A program made the position numbers and the translations under genes. Shown in pieces: positions 1-13,409 of a stretch of 64,000 bases of DNA (positions are counted from its first letter, which is position 1; the number at the start of each line of letters is the position of its first letter). The DNA is from Kondoa subrosea. Taxonomy: Eukaryota. The notes beneath the pieces are model-generated. The model had not been told where the DNA came from. It searched no databases and saw nothing but the letters and a program-made list of their open reading frames with translations. Location of the stretch: positions 248,001 through 312,000 of the forward strand of contig BCIN01000008.1 in NCBI GenBank assembly GCA_039545335.1. Reading direction: 5' to 3'.

Positions 1-1585
1 TGTATAGCTACTTCAGCCCTTTTCCATTCTCGAGTACTCAAAGCACTCACTCATCATGACCGAAAATATTTCTCCTTCTATTAACACTAACTTCTTTTTT
101 CTTAGGTTTCTCTTCCTCTTCCGGAATCTCCTCCTCCTCCTCTTCTTCTTCCTCACTTTCATCATCATCAGATCCTTCAGTCTTCTTCTTTTTCTTTTTG
201 GGTGTAGGTTTCTTTTTCTTTTGGGTAGCTTTTTTGCGAGGTTCAGGTGGGTAAGGTTTAGCTTCACCGAAATGTTTAACGAATTCTGGATCTTCAATCA
301 CCTGTGCGTTGAAGAAGGGAAAATCAGCTTAAGTCTGATTGGTATTTCTCTTCTCCTGCGCACTCTACGTAATCGACCAGCTATTTGAAAACAAAATCCC
401 TATCAGTTTATGCTTAATAGGAGAAGAGAAGATAATCATACGATCCTGAGTGATGTTGTGTCGGATAGTAGCTAATTCATTCTTATCCGGTGACCATTTC
501 CCAGCAGCCAAAAGAGATTCGTTAGCTGCAGCAATGTGAAAATCTGTTTGTTAAAACAGCCATTTAAGCTCTTGCTAGAGCAAATAATGAGTGTCAAACG
601 AACAATAGCCTGCAAAAGGTCCTTTTCTGCCTGAACGAGTGATCGATGCCGCTGGACAGAGTCCAGTTAAGATCTGACAGAAGAATGATGTAAGAAAGAC
701 ATACAGAGGTTGCGCTTGTAAGGTCGCTTGTCAGGACTAAAGCGAACATCTCTGTATATGCGATGGGTGAGATCCTTGGCTGGTAGGATCGGTAGAGTTG
801 GATCTGCCGCTTGAAGGAAAGGAAGCAGAGCATCGACGTGTTCGCCCTTGTGTGCTTGTATGAGCATAGTCCGAGAAGAGGTCAGCTGAGAGCGTACCCA
901 TTGCTTCCAGGCGTAGCGATAGATCGGATCATGCTCACTGTGCAGAAATACTCACCAATTAGCTAGAAATCCAGCATCGGTAGGTTTCACGCACGCAAAC
1001 CACTCCTATGAGCATCATTTTCTTATCAGCTTCACATGTCTTTGAAGTCAAGACACTCACTCGATCGTTGCATTCAGGCTTTCTCAAATCGCGCAAGAAG
1101 TCCATCGTGACTGCAGAGTAAAGCGACTCAGCGACGACGGGACGAACGGTAGACTCAGACTCACCTTTAGAGATACAGCCCTTGTCGACTTTCTCTTTCT
1201 TTGGATAAACTAGTTCTCGCTGAACTTCCTTCTTCTTCTTCGGACTGACCTTCTCCTCTTCATCAACCTCGTCGTCTTCTTCTTCGCTTGAAGTAGCAGC
1301 TCGTCCGAATTTAGCATTGCCAGTGACTTTCTTCTTGATGCTCTTTTCAACTTTAGCTTTCTTAGCCTTGGGTGCAGCAGTCTTAGGTGAAGCAGCAACT
1401 CTCTTCTTATGTGAGACCTTAGCAGCAGCAGCGGCTTTCTTTTTGGGTTTTGGTTTCTCCTCTTGTTCGGATTCAGATTCCTCCTCTTCTTGTTCTATCG
1501 CATCGCTAGCCTCAGACTGTTCTTGTTGATCTGATTCAGCATCCAAGTCCTCTGAATCGCTCAAATCACGCGATTTCTTTGCCAT
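1..1585 (-). CDS. DUF2461 (TIGR02453-like) family protein with acidic/lysine-rich tails; multi-exon, 3' end probably runs off the window
   Basis: Spliced translation gives NDR|EWFA|EHD, HRIYRDVRFSPDKRPYK and GRKGPFAGYYFHI, typical of DUF2461. ATG at 1585; GT-AG introns. Confidence 0.8.
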
Positions 1586-1736
1586 GTCAACTGGAAGCAC
1601 AATGATGATCGATGATGATGGTCAACCCCATTTCGGATTCGCCTATTACATACACATTCTCCCGAATAAAAACATATGATTGTCCTAAACATCCTCTTTC
1701 CTTCTTTCTTATATACACACAATCTGCCAAGACTGT

Positions 1737-4700
1737 TCAATAAGTGTTCTTCGCATGCTTCAGTATTTCGGTTCTGGCTTTTTCTATGGCAGTTTCCCAC
1801 TCTAATGCTTGTCGTGCTGAACTGCATGCCAATTTGTAGCTATGACTTATGTGCAGTACTATGGCAGACGTTCAAAAATGAATTCTATCAAAGTACCAAC
1901 TCCGAAAGAACGTACCTGTAAATCGATCATCATCTCTGCTGCTCTTCAGCGAGCATTCTGTGAAATGATCAGCATTCGCAACCACTTCAGCAATAAATTG
2001 TACGAACCTTCAAGCGGTATAACCTATTAGAAAGCGTCAGAGGTTATTTCCCTCTGCAACTTCGAGCAGAACTCACATTGTGGTATATTACATTCTGAGG
2101 AGTGGTCAGAATGAGCATATCGTTTGTTAATATAGCATGTAATTCTTTTCCCGATCTTCTGGCTTTGAAAACCGTGCCTTCTTTCAGAATCGCTCGTCTT
2201 CCCATCAATCGTGAGGGTGCAGTGAGATCAAGTCCCTGCATTGTGACAATAGTAAGAGCTTTCTCCGGAGCACAGATCAGGATCGTACCATCTCGCTTCC
2301 CTCAAACACAATGGTATCAGACAGTTGACGTAATCGTTTCTGGTTCTCCGCCTGTTCGCAATGATCAGCTATTTTGATCATGATAAAGAGAAGGCACGAT
2401 TACTTCTCGTATCGTTTCATTCGTAGCTGTCAAGACTTCTTCGGCTATTCGTTGTACTTTCTTCAGATCGAGCCAATCAGGATTATCTTCGTCAGTCTAG
2501 CAACAGTATTAGCTTCTTTCGTGACGATGAGGATGGTCACATACGTAGCGTATGATCTGACCAATCAAGAGCGGATATCGTGTGAGACGTTGCATGGGCT
2601 GCAGTAAGAAGCTCTCCAATTCCAAATCATTCACACGCGACTGCGATTGAGATTATTGATACCGAAACAATCTTGCTCAAGTGATGCAAGCTTACCTCAA
2701 GAATGGCCGCAACTTTTGTGTCTGATGCTTTGAGCTCTTCTAGCATCTCGGCGGCGTTACTCTGATCTTTTCGTCAGTGACAGAACAGCCAAGATATTTA
2801 GCTGCAGACCTGATTTGAGCACTATGGTAATCAAAAAGCATAGATATTAGCGAATCTTGTTAATGCCGAAGAGTCTTTCGACGTACGTAAGGCCTATATA
2901 TGCCCAGATTGACCATATGCCGCAATAAGAGGTCGCCAACTACAGACAGGAAATCAACTCGCATCATGCTTGCAGCGGGACCACGTACTCTGTGCTATGT
3001 ACAGCCTGGCTGATTCTTGCCTAGCCTCTAGGTCGCTGTAGAAGATTGTATTGAAAGTCTGCGCCCGAGTGAGCTAAGTCAGTGACGTCGTAAGATCCGC
3101 ATACAAGAAGATCCTCGACTAAATTATGATTTAACAATGGAATCTATCAGTTTGAACGAGACGTACTATTCGCGAAGATAACTTGAGCAGCTTTGACACT
3201 GAGAATATCTTGCAAACGAGTGAAGAAGACATTGATAATCAGCTGCAAGGACTTGAGATATGTTCCTTCAGTTTGAATGAGCTCAAAGATGGCTTCTTGT
3301 CGTTTACGCTCGCGTTCAGGCAGCTGAGCCAGAGCTTCGGGATCAATCAAAGAGGACCACGTTGTGCCAACAGCAGCAACTGAAGACGATTCAGCAGGGC
3401 CACTGATGACTCTTGTTACGGAAGTATTGGGAGCTTTGCGATCAGTCATAGCTGTGCTGCTCCGGCCAAAGACAGAGGAGAAGAAGCTGGCTGTCTTGCT
3501 TTCTGTCGAATGCAGGCTGAGGTTAGGTGATCCACCATCTGCTGTTGGCGGAGTGCTAATACGGGGAGAAGGCGCAGCGAAGGAGTACCGAGAAGCACTG
3601 CACAGAGTCAGACGAGCGTCGACCGTCGAAGAATATTCTTACACTACAGGCGGTATCGCAGGTAGCTCCCGCTGGAGCGCAACCCAGCGATCATACGCAT
3701 CTTCAGTATTCTGCTGCACTTCAAATTCAGAGTAAATAGGCGAAGGTTCATTCTCTTCTTCGACAACACTTGGCTGTCTCGGCGGTGCAGGAGCTTTTCT
3801 TCGTCGTGTTGGTGTCCGCGATAGTACACCAGCTGCTTCAAGCACTCGTAGACGCTCCTTTTCTCGAGCCTCAGCTGACGGCTCCTTGTCATCAGTTTCT
3901 TCTTCGGAGTCCGAGTCAGCTTCATTCGGCGGCGATTGAGAGGCCAGCGTGTGATCCGGCGCAGAAGCGCTCGTCTTGGAGTTCGCTGACACAGACGATT
4001 TGTCTATGAGGCCAAGAAAGGTTGCAACATTATCGAACATCATATTATATTGCAATGTATTGGAAGGTTTGGAAGAATATGCAAAGAAATCATGAGTCCC
4101 GACCTTTAGCCAGATGCAGTGATTCACTGACTTCCTTCCACTTCAAAGTACATTGCTGGTACCAGTGCACATCGACCGTTGTTCTCTGCCTTCCACCAGT
4201 CCGTTTCTGAGTGGTCCACAATCTTGTATGATTTGCCTGACTGAAGATCCATCTCTTCTTCCGAGGCAGCTGAGTAGTCGTAAATTGCATTGGCATTAAT
4301 TGCTGGAAGGTTTTGTCAATAACATCCGCAAGATTCGAGAGACAGACTTACAATCTTCAATGGACGCAACGTAGTTGGCGGGAAGCCTATCAGAGTTACA
4401 GAGTGAGCTTCATGCGAATGCGAATGAGGCGACTGACCATCCGGACTTTCCGTCTTTCTCGATCTTGCCATATACCCAGTCGTCGTTGTCATTCGCCGGA
4501 TGCGTAGTAAGAATGACATGCTCATCGACAGAAAGATCATCCGGTCGATCAGAGGTCGCGGAGTATGCATATAAAGTACGCGATCTCGTCGCTATTTGGC
4601 TGGATCAGAAACAAAAGAAAAGCTGAATTGAGAAACTCACACCGCGAATAGTCGACACCAGCTACTTCGGAGGATACCAGCCCAACTGCAGCTGCAGCGT

Positions 4701-7700
4701 TTGACACTGTTCCAACAACGCTGCTCATCGCATTTGCAAGGAAACCTCCTGATGACTGCTCTTCAGGTTCCTCTTCCATACTTTCGTCATGCGACGGCAA
4801 TGCATTCGCTGAGAGTGAAGGGGCTTTGATCGAGTCCGAGGCCAGTCCTCCATACCAATCGACGCTCTGCCGATGATTGGCGTTGTTCGCGTTGGCAATA
4901 GGTTCTTGCGGACTTTCTTCCGGTACTGGTGCAGCTCGAATATGAGGAGGAGGTTCCGCACTACCTAACACTTGACCAGCTAGAGCGCTCGAGCTTCTGT
5001 CGTTGGTCTTGGCCTTTTTCAGTCCAATACCGCTCTGAATTTGACCAAGAAGAGAGCTACGATCTACTGGTCCGGAAGGTACGCTGATGATAGGTGCTCT
5101 TGGAGCAGCTGGAGGAGGAGGAGGCGGAGCTGTACCGTTTGTACCGTTTGTAGGCGAAGCAGAATTACCCATAGCAGAAGTTGGCCGAGACGGCATGATT
5201 CCGCCGAACAGATTTGCAGCAAGCTGCTGCCGCTTGTTACGAGCACCCAATTCAGGTTCATCGTCATCGCTTGAACTCGAATCTGAGAAGTGTTCTGTTG
5301 GCATATCCCAATCTTCAGTTGGACGAGAAGGAGGTGGGATAAATGCAGGTTTGGGTGTCGGTGGCTTCTCGATAGGACTAGCTGTCTGATCTCGATTCTT
5401 GATGTTAAATGGGTTGGTCTTACTCAAGGGAGCATCAGTAGACGAGGAAGTTGCTGCAGGAGTAGGCAAATTTGGTCGATGGAAGGGGTTTGTGCTACTC
5501 TTCGGAGCTTCTGATACTGCAGGAGGCGGCGGAGGCGGAGCAGGAGGCGCGATGTTTTGAGGCTCAGGTAGTGATGCAGAAGGAGCTTGAGGTTTGGCTT
5601 GAGGTGGTGCGCGAACAGGTTGACGGCTCTTAGGAAGGGGCGGAGGCGGTCCTTTTGCTTTCTGAGGACTAGCACTAGCAGCTCCAAACATCTCTTTCTT
5701 CTTCTTGAAATCTTCCTCAAGCCTTTTGCTTTCTTCCAGCTCTTCTTCCATTTTCTTGATTCGCGCCAATTGATCAGCTTTGGCTTTAGCTAATGCAGCT
5801 TCTTTTTGTCTCAATTCATCTTCATCCTTGTCCAATTGAGATCGAGCGGCATCGGCAACTTCCGCTCCACCTGTGGGAACAGACATAGCTGAAGCGGTCA
5901 CTTCATTCGAAACTTGCTGCAAAGCCTGTTCAGCTTTCTCGTTGTACGCTTCTTGCTGGGAGATATCTTTCATCTTCTCCTTCTCCAATTTCAATTGACG
6001 TTGTTTTGCACGATCAGCTGCTTCTTGATCAGCATTGACAGGCGCGGGTGTACTTGGTGCTGAAGGAGGCGTGACTGGTGTAGGTTCGGCTTCCTGAGAG
6101 ATACCTAGAGCACGGAGACGTTCTTGAACTCTTCTAGCGGCCTCGGCACGAATGTATTCTTTTCTTTCCTCAGGTGACATGCTTGAAGCAGAAGATTTTG
6201 CGGCAGCAGCAGGCGGTGGAGGAACAGCAGCCTTGACTGGAGCAGCAGGAGGCGGTGGCGGAGGTGCAGCGGCTTTCTCTTGCGATCTTTCAGGCGATCG
6301 ACGACCATTTCGACCAGAATCACCTCGACTAGATGGACGATCATAAGAGCCTCTTAAGTAGCCACGATCTTCTTCTTCATCTTCTTCTGAATCGTTTCTA
6401 GAGCGATCTCTGCTTCTGGGTCTTCGATCCTCGTAGCGAGAAGAAGAAGATCGGTCTTCATAACGTCCATACCGATCATTCCTGGAATCCCTATCTCTAT
6501 CGTTCCTTCTTTTTTGAGCAGCAACTTCCTGAGCTCTGGCTTCAAGCTTTCTCTCCAGTTCAGGCAACTTTTCAAACTTGAGTCGATCCAATTCCCGATC
6601 GAGCCTTCTTCTCTCGGCTTCTTTCGCTTCGGTTCTTCTCCCTCGAGAATTATGTTCAATATCCGATTGAACCCTCTTGATCTCATACAACAAATCGTCC
6701 TTCTCTTGCGCTAAAGCATCATCTTCCGCATCACGGTTCTTAGCAGAATTCAACAGAGCTTGAGAATTGTCTAGCTGTCGTTTGATTTCATCCAAATCAC
6801 CTTCTCCATCATCATTGGAAGCTCGAACAGTTTTCCTATCTAAATGTCGAGACGAAGATTTGTACGTTCCGGCACCTGTATCGTCATGTTTATACATTGT
6901 TGCATCTTTTCGTGAAGGAGGAGCAGGACCAGAGTGTAAAGATTTGGATCGGGTGTAATTGGCTTGATTGCCTCCTACTGCTGAAGCTTCAGGGAAATCC
7001 GAAGCGGTGTTGCGGACAGTAGTATCGTTCTTCAGCAAGTCTTTGAGGAAATCTACTGAATGACCTAAATCGCGAGAAGAAGGAGGAACGAGTTCAGCTG
7101 GTAGTTGAGCAGGAATAGGGTTGCCGTTGATGCCTGTGAATCGAAAAGCAATTAGAACAACAGCTCAAAGTGTCCATTCACTACTCACGCCGATAGATCA
7201 AGCCCATGGCGACGTGGAACTCTGCCAAGTTGAGCTTTCCTCGGTTCTCGGTATCAGCCAAATTCCTACTTTCGTTGAGTGATGTCCTCCACGCCAATGA
7301 CCTGATAATACTCACCAGACCTGCATCAGTTCATCTCGATCTAATCCACTCTGACCAAAGACTTCCTGAGCCATATTACCTGTGCATGATAGAACTTGAG
7401 CACAAGTCTAAACTTGTCATGAAAGCCCAAACACACCACTGATGAACCCAGATCCTTGTTGATCCCAAGCCCTGAAAATGCTATCGTAACTCTTCCTTTC
7501 ATCAGCCGATAGAGCCCACGGTACAGCTACTTGAGTTTGACCTTGCTGTTGCATGTTCTGTTGATAAGCTTGATTTAGGGATTGACCGCCTAGAGCTGAA
7601 GGTTGCGCGAATTGAGGTTGCGAGCCATAGATAGGTTGAGATGGGCTATAAGCAATATTGCATTCTAAGCTAAGAGTATAGCAAAATGTAAATGCAGCTC

Positions 7701-8218
7701 ACTTTGCAGGTAAGAAGGTCTGAGTGAACCTGTAAGTCCAATACGATCATGAGCTTTATCGAGCCGCCAATATATAAAACTCACATAGAGGGAACATGCT
7801 GAATCCCAAAGTTCTGCTGACCGAATGAAGTTGGCTGTGGAGAAATGCCCATCCCACTGGAGCTCAAACCAGTTCTAGCAGGAGCCAAGAAAGAAGATTG
7901 CTGCTGCTGCTGCTGCTGTTGTTGATACTGTTGAGGCATAGAAGGCATCGGAGGAGGAGCTTGACCACCAAATGACTGCATTGGAAATCCAGTTCGCTGA
8001 GGTTGCATGGAAGTCATCTGAGGTTGCAAGAAGCTCGGTTGTTGTTGCCCAGGATATCCAGTAGGCTGTGATTGCAAGAATTGCTGCTGAGGAGCTGGCC
8101 GCATGCCTTGTTGCATCTGATAAGTATTGGGCATGCCTGTTGGCTGAGCACCAAGAAAGCCTTGCTGCTGCCCATACTGGTGTTGTTGCTGCGGATAGCC
8201 TTGCTGCTGTCCCCACAT
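1737..8218 (-). CDS. CIN1: Intersectin/Cin1-like endocytic scaffold: QPTG repeats, EH domain, coiled coil, WH2, two SH3, RhoGEF (DH) and PH domains
   Basis: N-terminal Q-rich QPTG repeats; EH (IWNLADTENRGKLNLAEFHVAMGLIY); WH2 (DRSSLLGQIQSGIGLKKAKTNDRS); SH3s (RTLYAY...DDWVYG; AIYDY...DWWKAE...LVPAMYFE); DH start (ERKRQEAIFELIQTEGTY); PH (LMGRRAILKEG...ALEWETAIEKA). Exons join in frame to TGA at 1737-1739. Confidence 0.85.
7898..7923 (-). repeat. CAG/CAA trinucleotide repeat encoding poly-Gln in the Cin1 N-terminus
   Basis: (ctg)n/(ttg)n run on the + strand; translates as QQQQQQQQQ. Confidence 0.8.
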
Positions 8219-8402
8219 CCTTCACGCAGTCAAAGTCCGATAATCAAGAAGGAACGGTTCGAGAGCAAGGTGAGACCGAGGCGCATGACATGACAAAACA
8301 AGTAAGTCATCATCGCTATGAAGATACTATCGCACGGATTGCTAAAGCCCGTCTACATACAATGATAACAGAAAGATCGAAGAAACCGATGAATGAAACC
8401 TT

Positions 8403-10688
8403 TTACCGATGAGCATCTTCTTCTCTCAGTCCAAGCCCTAGCAACCCTTTCTCACTAGACGGCATCGACGCAAGCGATTCAGCTCGACTGCTAATTGAAG
8501 CGCCTCTTCTTCTTCGGCGGCTTGTTCGGGAAGAAGGGTTGGAAGGCATTGTTTGGAGGATTTCGATAGCGCTTTGTCGGACATCGGTAATACTGTACTT
8601 CATCTGAGCCCATCTTTCTAAAGAGGAGAAGTTACATACTTGAGTCGATATGCACTCGGAGTGAATCCTTTGCCGAACATACTATTCACAAACACTTCAA
8701 TCAGCTTACATTTCAATGTTCCATCTAGCGCAACATACTTATTGACATGATTCGAGCAAAGAGCAGCCACAAAGATATTAAAGATGTGAAGTGGAATGAG
8801 GGAGAAGACGGCATGGTAGCAATGCCGAAGGAAAGCATGCTCGAACCGCAAGAGTTTGGATTTACAGCCTGGTAGTCTTGTTCTTGGGTAGCAGCGTTTG
8901 GAGAAGGTTGCATCGTCTGTATTTCAACGTCGTTTCAGCTATCGATATAGCGAAAAGGGTCATTCAAACTTACGTAGAGCATTGTAATAACCGCAGCAAT
9001 GTAGCTAAGGCGAGATTAGCATGGTACGGAATTTTGGAGGAGGACTATACTCACAGTGTTCTGAACTCTCAATCGATCTAAATCATCAAAAGATTGACTC
9101 CAAAGCTGATTCAATTTTCGATCCAAAACATTGTGCTCTCGCTTGTATGCTGAATAACCAACGACCAGTATAGCTACCATTGTCGGCCAAAGTAAGACGT
9201 TGTAAAATGCTAAGATCGGTCTGGAATTCAGTATTGTTCCCGTTAGACCTAGAAGTGCGGTAATTAGGCAAGTGATTGAGGCGATGGTCAGGTCTATCTC
9301 ATAGTCAGCACAACTGGTGGATACGGTGTATGAGCACATACATATGAGAAGATCAGTGTTGCCAATCAGTACGACATCAGCTCCGTTCCACGCTGTTTCG
9401 CTTGGATCAACGATCGCAATCGTGTAAGAAGCGAGAACCTACTCCTCAGCCAAGTCAGGAGAGCTATTGATAAGCCAACCAAGCCATAAACGAACAGCTA
9501 CAAACCCATCAGCTCTTTTCGCTCTCTTTGACCGGTAGCACTCACTGTAGTGACGGAGAATAATAGAGTCCATTTGTGCACACTCCAAGCTTCTTTCGCC
9601 TCTGCTTCTTCTTCAGCCTGTTCATCCAGCTGTGCCCATAATTTCGGTATCTCGCTATCCTCGACGACTGGATCCACTTTCGTTATAGACGGAATCAACT
9701 TCAGTCCACTTGTTGCTCTCCTTCTTGCTGCCGGAGCATGTTTGTCTGCGAATTTCTGAGTGTATTTCAATGAACTATGAATAGAATTCTGATTGGTTGT
9801 ATTTGAAGCAGCAGAAGGAGCGAGATGAGAATATTTCGTATAGAGTGAATCGCGAGAAGAAGAAGCTGTAGAGAAGTGAGAGGAAGAGATGTCCGAGTCA
9901 GTTCGGAGCATTCGTCGACTGCTGCTTGCTTTAGATGGCCAACCGCTATCGGAACTGAGCAAAGAACTTCGTCGAGACATGGATGAAGAAGTGCGAGTGC
10001 TTGAAGGTATTGACGGAGGTCGAACGACCTTCCGAATCGTTCGGATAAGAGGAACTTCAGAACCTGATGTTAAACCGCCAGAATATCTGCAAACCAATCA
10101 GTAGGTGAAGACGCAACGGAGATGCACCTACTCGCTCGTGAGTATTGTATCGCTTCTCCCTATCGTCTCCTCCGTCTGCTGCGTCTCGTTCATAATCATG
10201 CCTGGAGCTAAGTTCTCTTTCTGCAGGTAGACTATAGGAAGAGTGCTTGGCAGATCAACGGGCACAGAGGTCACTGGGATGGGTGGAAGAGGACTGCCAG
10301 GTAGTGGAAGAGAATGAGGTGTTGCCAAACCAAGTGGACTTCGTGCTCTTGACTGTTGCGAATGACCAGGTGTCAATGCCATCAGTGAGCTTCTCAGAGG
10401 CTGAGCAGATGCTGAAACTGGTGATTTGCTTGCTGTGACGAGGAGATTGCTGATGATGCCATAGACGTCGTTATTGTTTGATACCGGAGACCCAACATAA
10501 GGAATAGGTGTACTGATTGACGGAACTGTCATTGGAATGGCCGCTTTCAGTGACGGTAGCGCTTCGATAGCAGCAGCTACGGTAGGCGAAGTCTTGCTTG
10601 CGTCTGGACTTGATGCCTCCAGAACTGGGGTTCTCTTGCGCAAGCCAATGCTAGGAGAGCTTCGAATGGCAGTGGATACATTGTCCAT
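8403..10688 (-). CDS. Tetraspanin, basidiomycete Tsp2 type, with long Ser/Pro-rich N-terminus
   Basis: Spliced: HKWTLLFSV, GLTGTILNSRPILAFYNVLLWP, LHCCGYYN, CYPRTRLPGCK, ALCSNHVN..FGKG. Four TM segments and a CCG motif. Confidence 0.8.
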
Positions 10689-11214
10689 GCTAGTCGCAGA
10701 GCGAACGACAGGGTATAGGCACAGATACACAACAGTTACAGACAAGAAAATCGACAGCAACAAGTCAACAGACGACTTCAGTCAGATTCGCAATCATAAG
10801 ATTGCTTCGCATAAAGCAAACTTGGTACACGATGTAAGGACAAGTACGACACAGCATCTGAGAGACACAGAAGCAATGAGGATTGGGTCAGCTTGATAAA
10901 TTTATGGACAATCCGCGACTCCTGCAAACGCGCCGACTCTCTGCGATTTCTGACAAGACGGTCAGCCAGTATGAAAGCAGGCAAGCGTCCCTTTGCGGCG
11001 TCGCGTTTGGCAGCAGAACTCGATCCTTGAAATTGCGTCGAGCTTTGTCTTACGGCAGCCACTGCAATGAATCGACAGTGAGGCCTGATATCTTAAACTG
11101 CACAAGAGCATGCTTGACTCCTGCCACGATTTCGCGGTCCGAGCAACGTTCGACTCTTCATTCTCGTTTCCCTCCCCCTTGTTCTTGTTCTTTTCTTATT
11201 TGTTCATCTTGGAA

Positions 11215-13312
11215 ATGGCTCCACGGAAGCGCAAGAGCTCCTCTAGTCAAGCTGCAGAACCGAGTAAACGAGCTCGTAGCTCTGAGCCTTCGTTCTACGA
11301 CGAGCTTGAATCTTCCCCTGGGCCTTCTCACACGCGGTCTCGATCGAACAGTGTCCCTGCTGTCAGCTCAAGAGGTCGTAGTCCTTCTCCATCAATTGCA
11401 GACGGAGCGAGCAGAAGCAGACCCAAATTGAAACCGTCGAGAATCATCAATTCTATACCCGTTCCGCTCGTCTCAGAAAGAGGTATTCGCTTAGCTTACT
11501 TTGGAGATGGGACTTTAGGTCAATTTGGGATCGGATTGGAAGATTTGAAGCATGAACCGATCGTTAAGCAGCATGCAAGTCATCTCCTTGATCGCGCCGA
11601 ACAGGCGCTGAAGAATCTGCAGCCAATCAACGACATTGAACTAGAAGACATAGCTTGTGGTAGTCTACATACCCTCTTATTGGACGCGAAAGGCCGAGTT
11701 TGGTCATTTGGCATCAGTGAGTTCAACTTGACATCATCCTGCTCAAGCTGAAGTGATAGGCAGACGATAACGGAGCTTTGGGTAGATCAACGGAAGCAAA
11801 TGATAATCAAGCTACGGAAGAACTTGAAACGCAACCTACCTTGGTTTGGCTTGAAGATCATCGAGTAGTTCGAGTTTATGCTGGCGATAGCTTCTCCGTT
11901 GCTCTGACCGACGAAGGTGCTCTGTATGCTGCCGGTAGCTTCAGAGGATCGGAAGGGTTGTTAGGCTTGATCGAGAGTGAGATCGTTTCGGTTTCCTTCC
12001 AGCAACACAGGATCTGGTCAGAACTGGTCATTACTCAAGTCAGCTTTCTTAACATATGTAACTTATCGGATTCCCATCCGTCTTGAACAGGTCGCTTGTG
12101 GGCAAGATCACCTTGTCGCGCTGACCGCGTATGCTGTTCGCTAAGGTTTCTTTTGGCATGTTTGCTGACCAATAAGATAGGGAAGGACACGTTTGGACTT
12201 GGGGCAACGGGCAACAAGGTCAATTGGGTCGTAAACTGATTCAGCGCAGGAAAGCAGCAGGACTTCGACCGGAAAAGCTATCCTTGAAAGATATTTGCTT
12301 GGTCGGAGCGGGTCATTATGTCAGCTTCGCCGTTGCAAGAGATGGGACAGTATATGCTTTTGGTCTGAATTCCTTGCAGCAATCCGGTGTAGCTGAAGAA
12401 GATGGCGGGTACGAATCGATGATTGCAGGTCCCACTTCTGTCAGAGCTCTTCATCCTTCGCAAAATGGAGGTAGACATGTGACTCAAATCATCGGAGGAG
12501 AGCATCATACTCTTTTCCTACTAGATGATGGATCGGCAAGTCCTGCCCCCTTCTTTTGAGCTTGTTCTGACTGTGGGGTCTGCGCTAGGTCATGAGCGTT
12601 GGACGTTGCGATGGATTTGAATGTGGAATCGCCGAATCACATGAAGCGATGATCTCAGCTGCTCTACGGCAAACTACAGCAGCAGACACATCCGGCCGAT
12701 CAGCCAGAAGACTAGAAGCAACAAGCACCCGAGCGATGGCAGCTACAAGGCGTACACTGAACCGGACTACCAGCTCTTTCCAATCCCTTGCGCTAGATGA
12801 GAATGGGAAGAAAGTGGTTGAGCAGGAGTCACCTAATGTAGAGGATCATCTTATGGTCGATACAGACGGTATAGATGCTGCGTAAGCTTTCTGTTCAGAG
12901 GCAGAATTGCAGCTCATTTGATTCTCTTTTCAGTGTTCAAGTAGCAAATATGACTGATTCCACTGCTAATCTTTTCGAGTTCATCCCCGCACCTGTTCAA
13001 GTCGACTTTCCGCAAGGTGCACAGATTCGTCAGCTCGTTGTAGCGCCTCGACATAACTTCGCAATATCGCTGGAAGGACGATTATTCAGCTGGGGATATT
13101 CACCAGAAGAATGTTTAGGTCTTCCTAGCGGTGCGTCTTCCGTACTCTTTCACTATACCGGGTCTTGATCTGAACATGAATACGGAAAAGATTCGCTGCA
13201 AGCCACACCTCGTGAAGTCCTCGACGCGGAAGGGAAGAGCTTGAATGCCATTAGAGCAGCAACAGGAGCAAGACATTGTATGGTCTTGTATAATACAGGA
13301 GCAGCGATATGA
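11215..13312 (+). CDS. RCC1/BLIP-II repeat protein (Pim1/Srm1-like)
   Basis: Repeated motifs IACGSLHTLLLD, VYAGDSFSVALT, VACGQDHLVALT, GGEHHTLFL, ATGARHCMVL; basic N-terminal NLS-like PRKRK. Confidence 0.85.
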
Positions 13313-13409
13313 ATAAATTAATGCACATATTAGCCATAAACTATATATATACTTGTAGCTATGCAACATGGTTCTTATTATGCCTTTTTATTACTCTTAA
13401 ACCCAAAGT

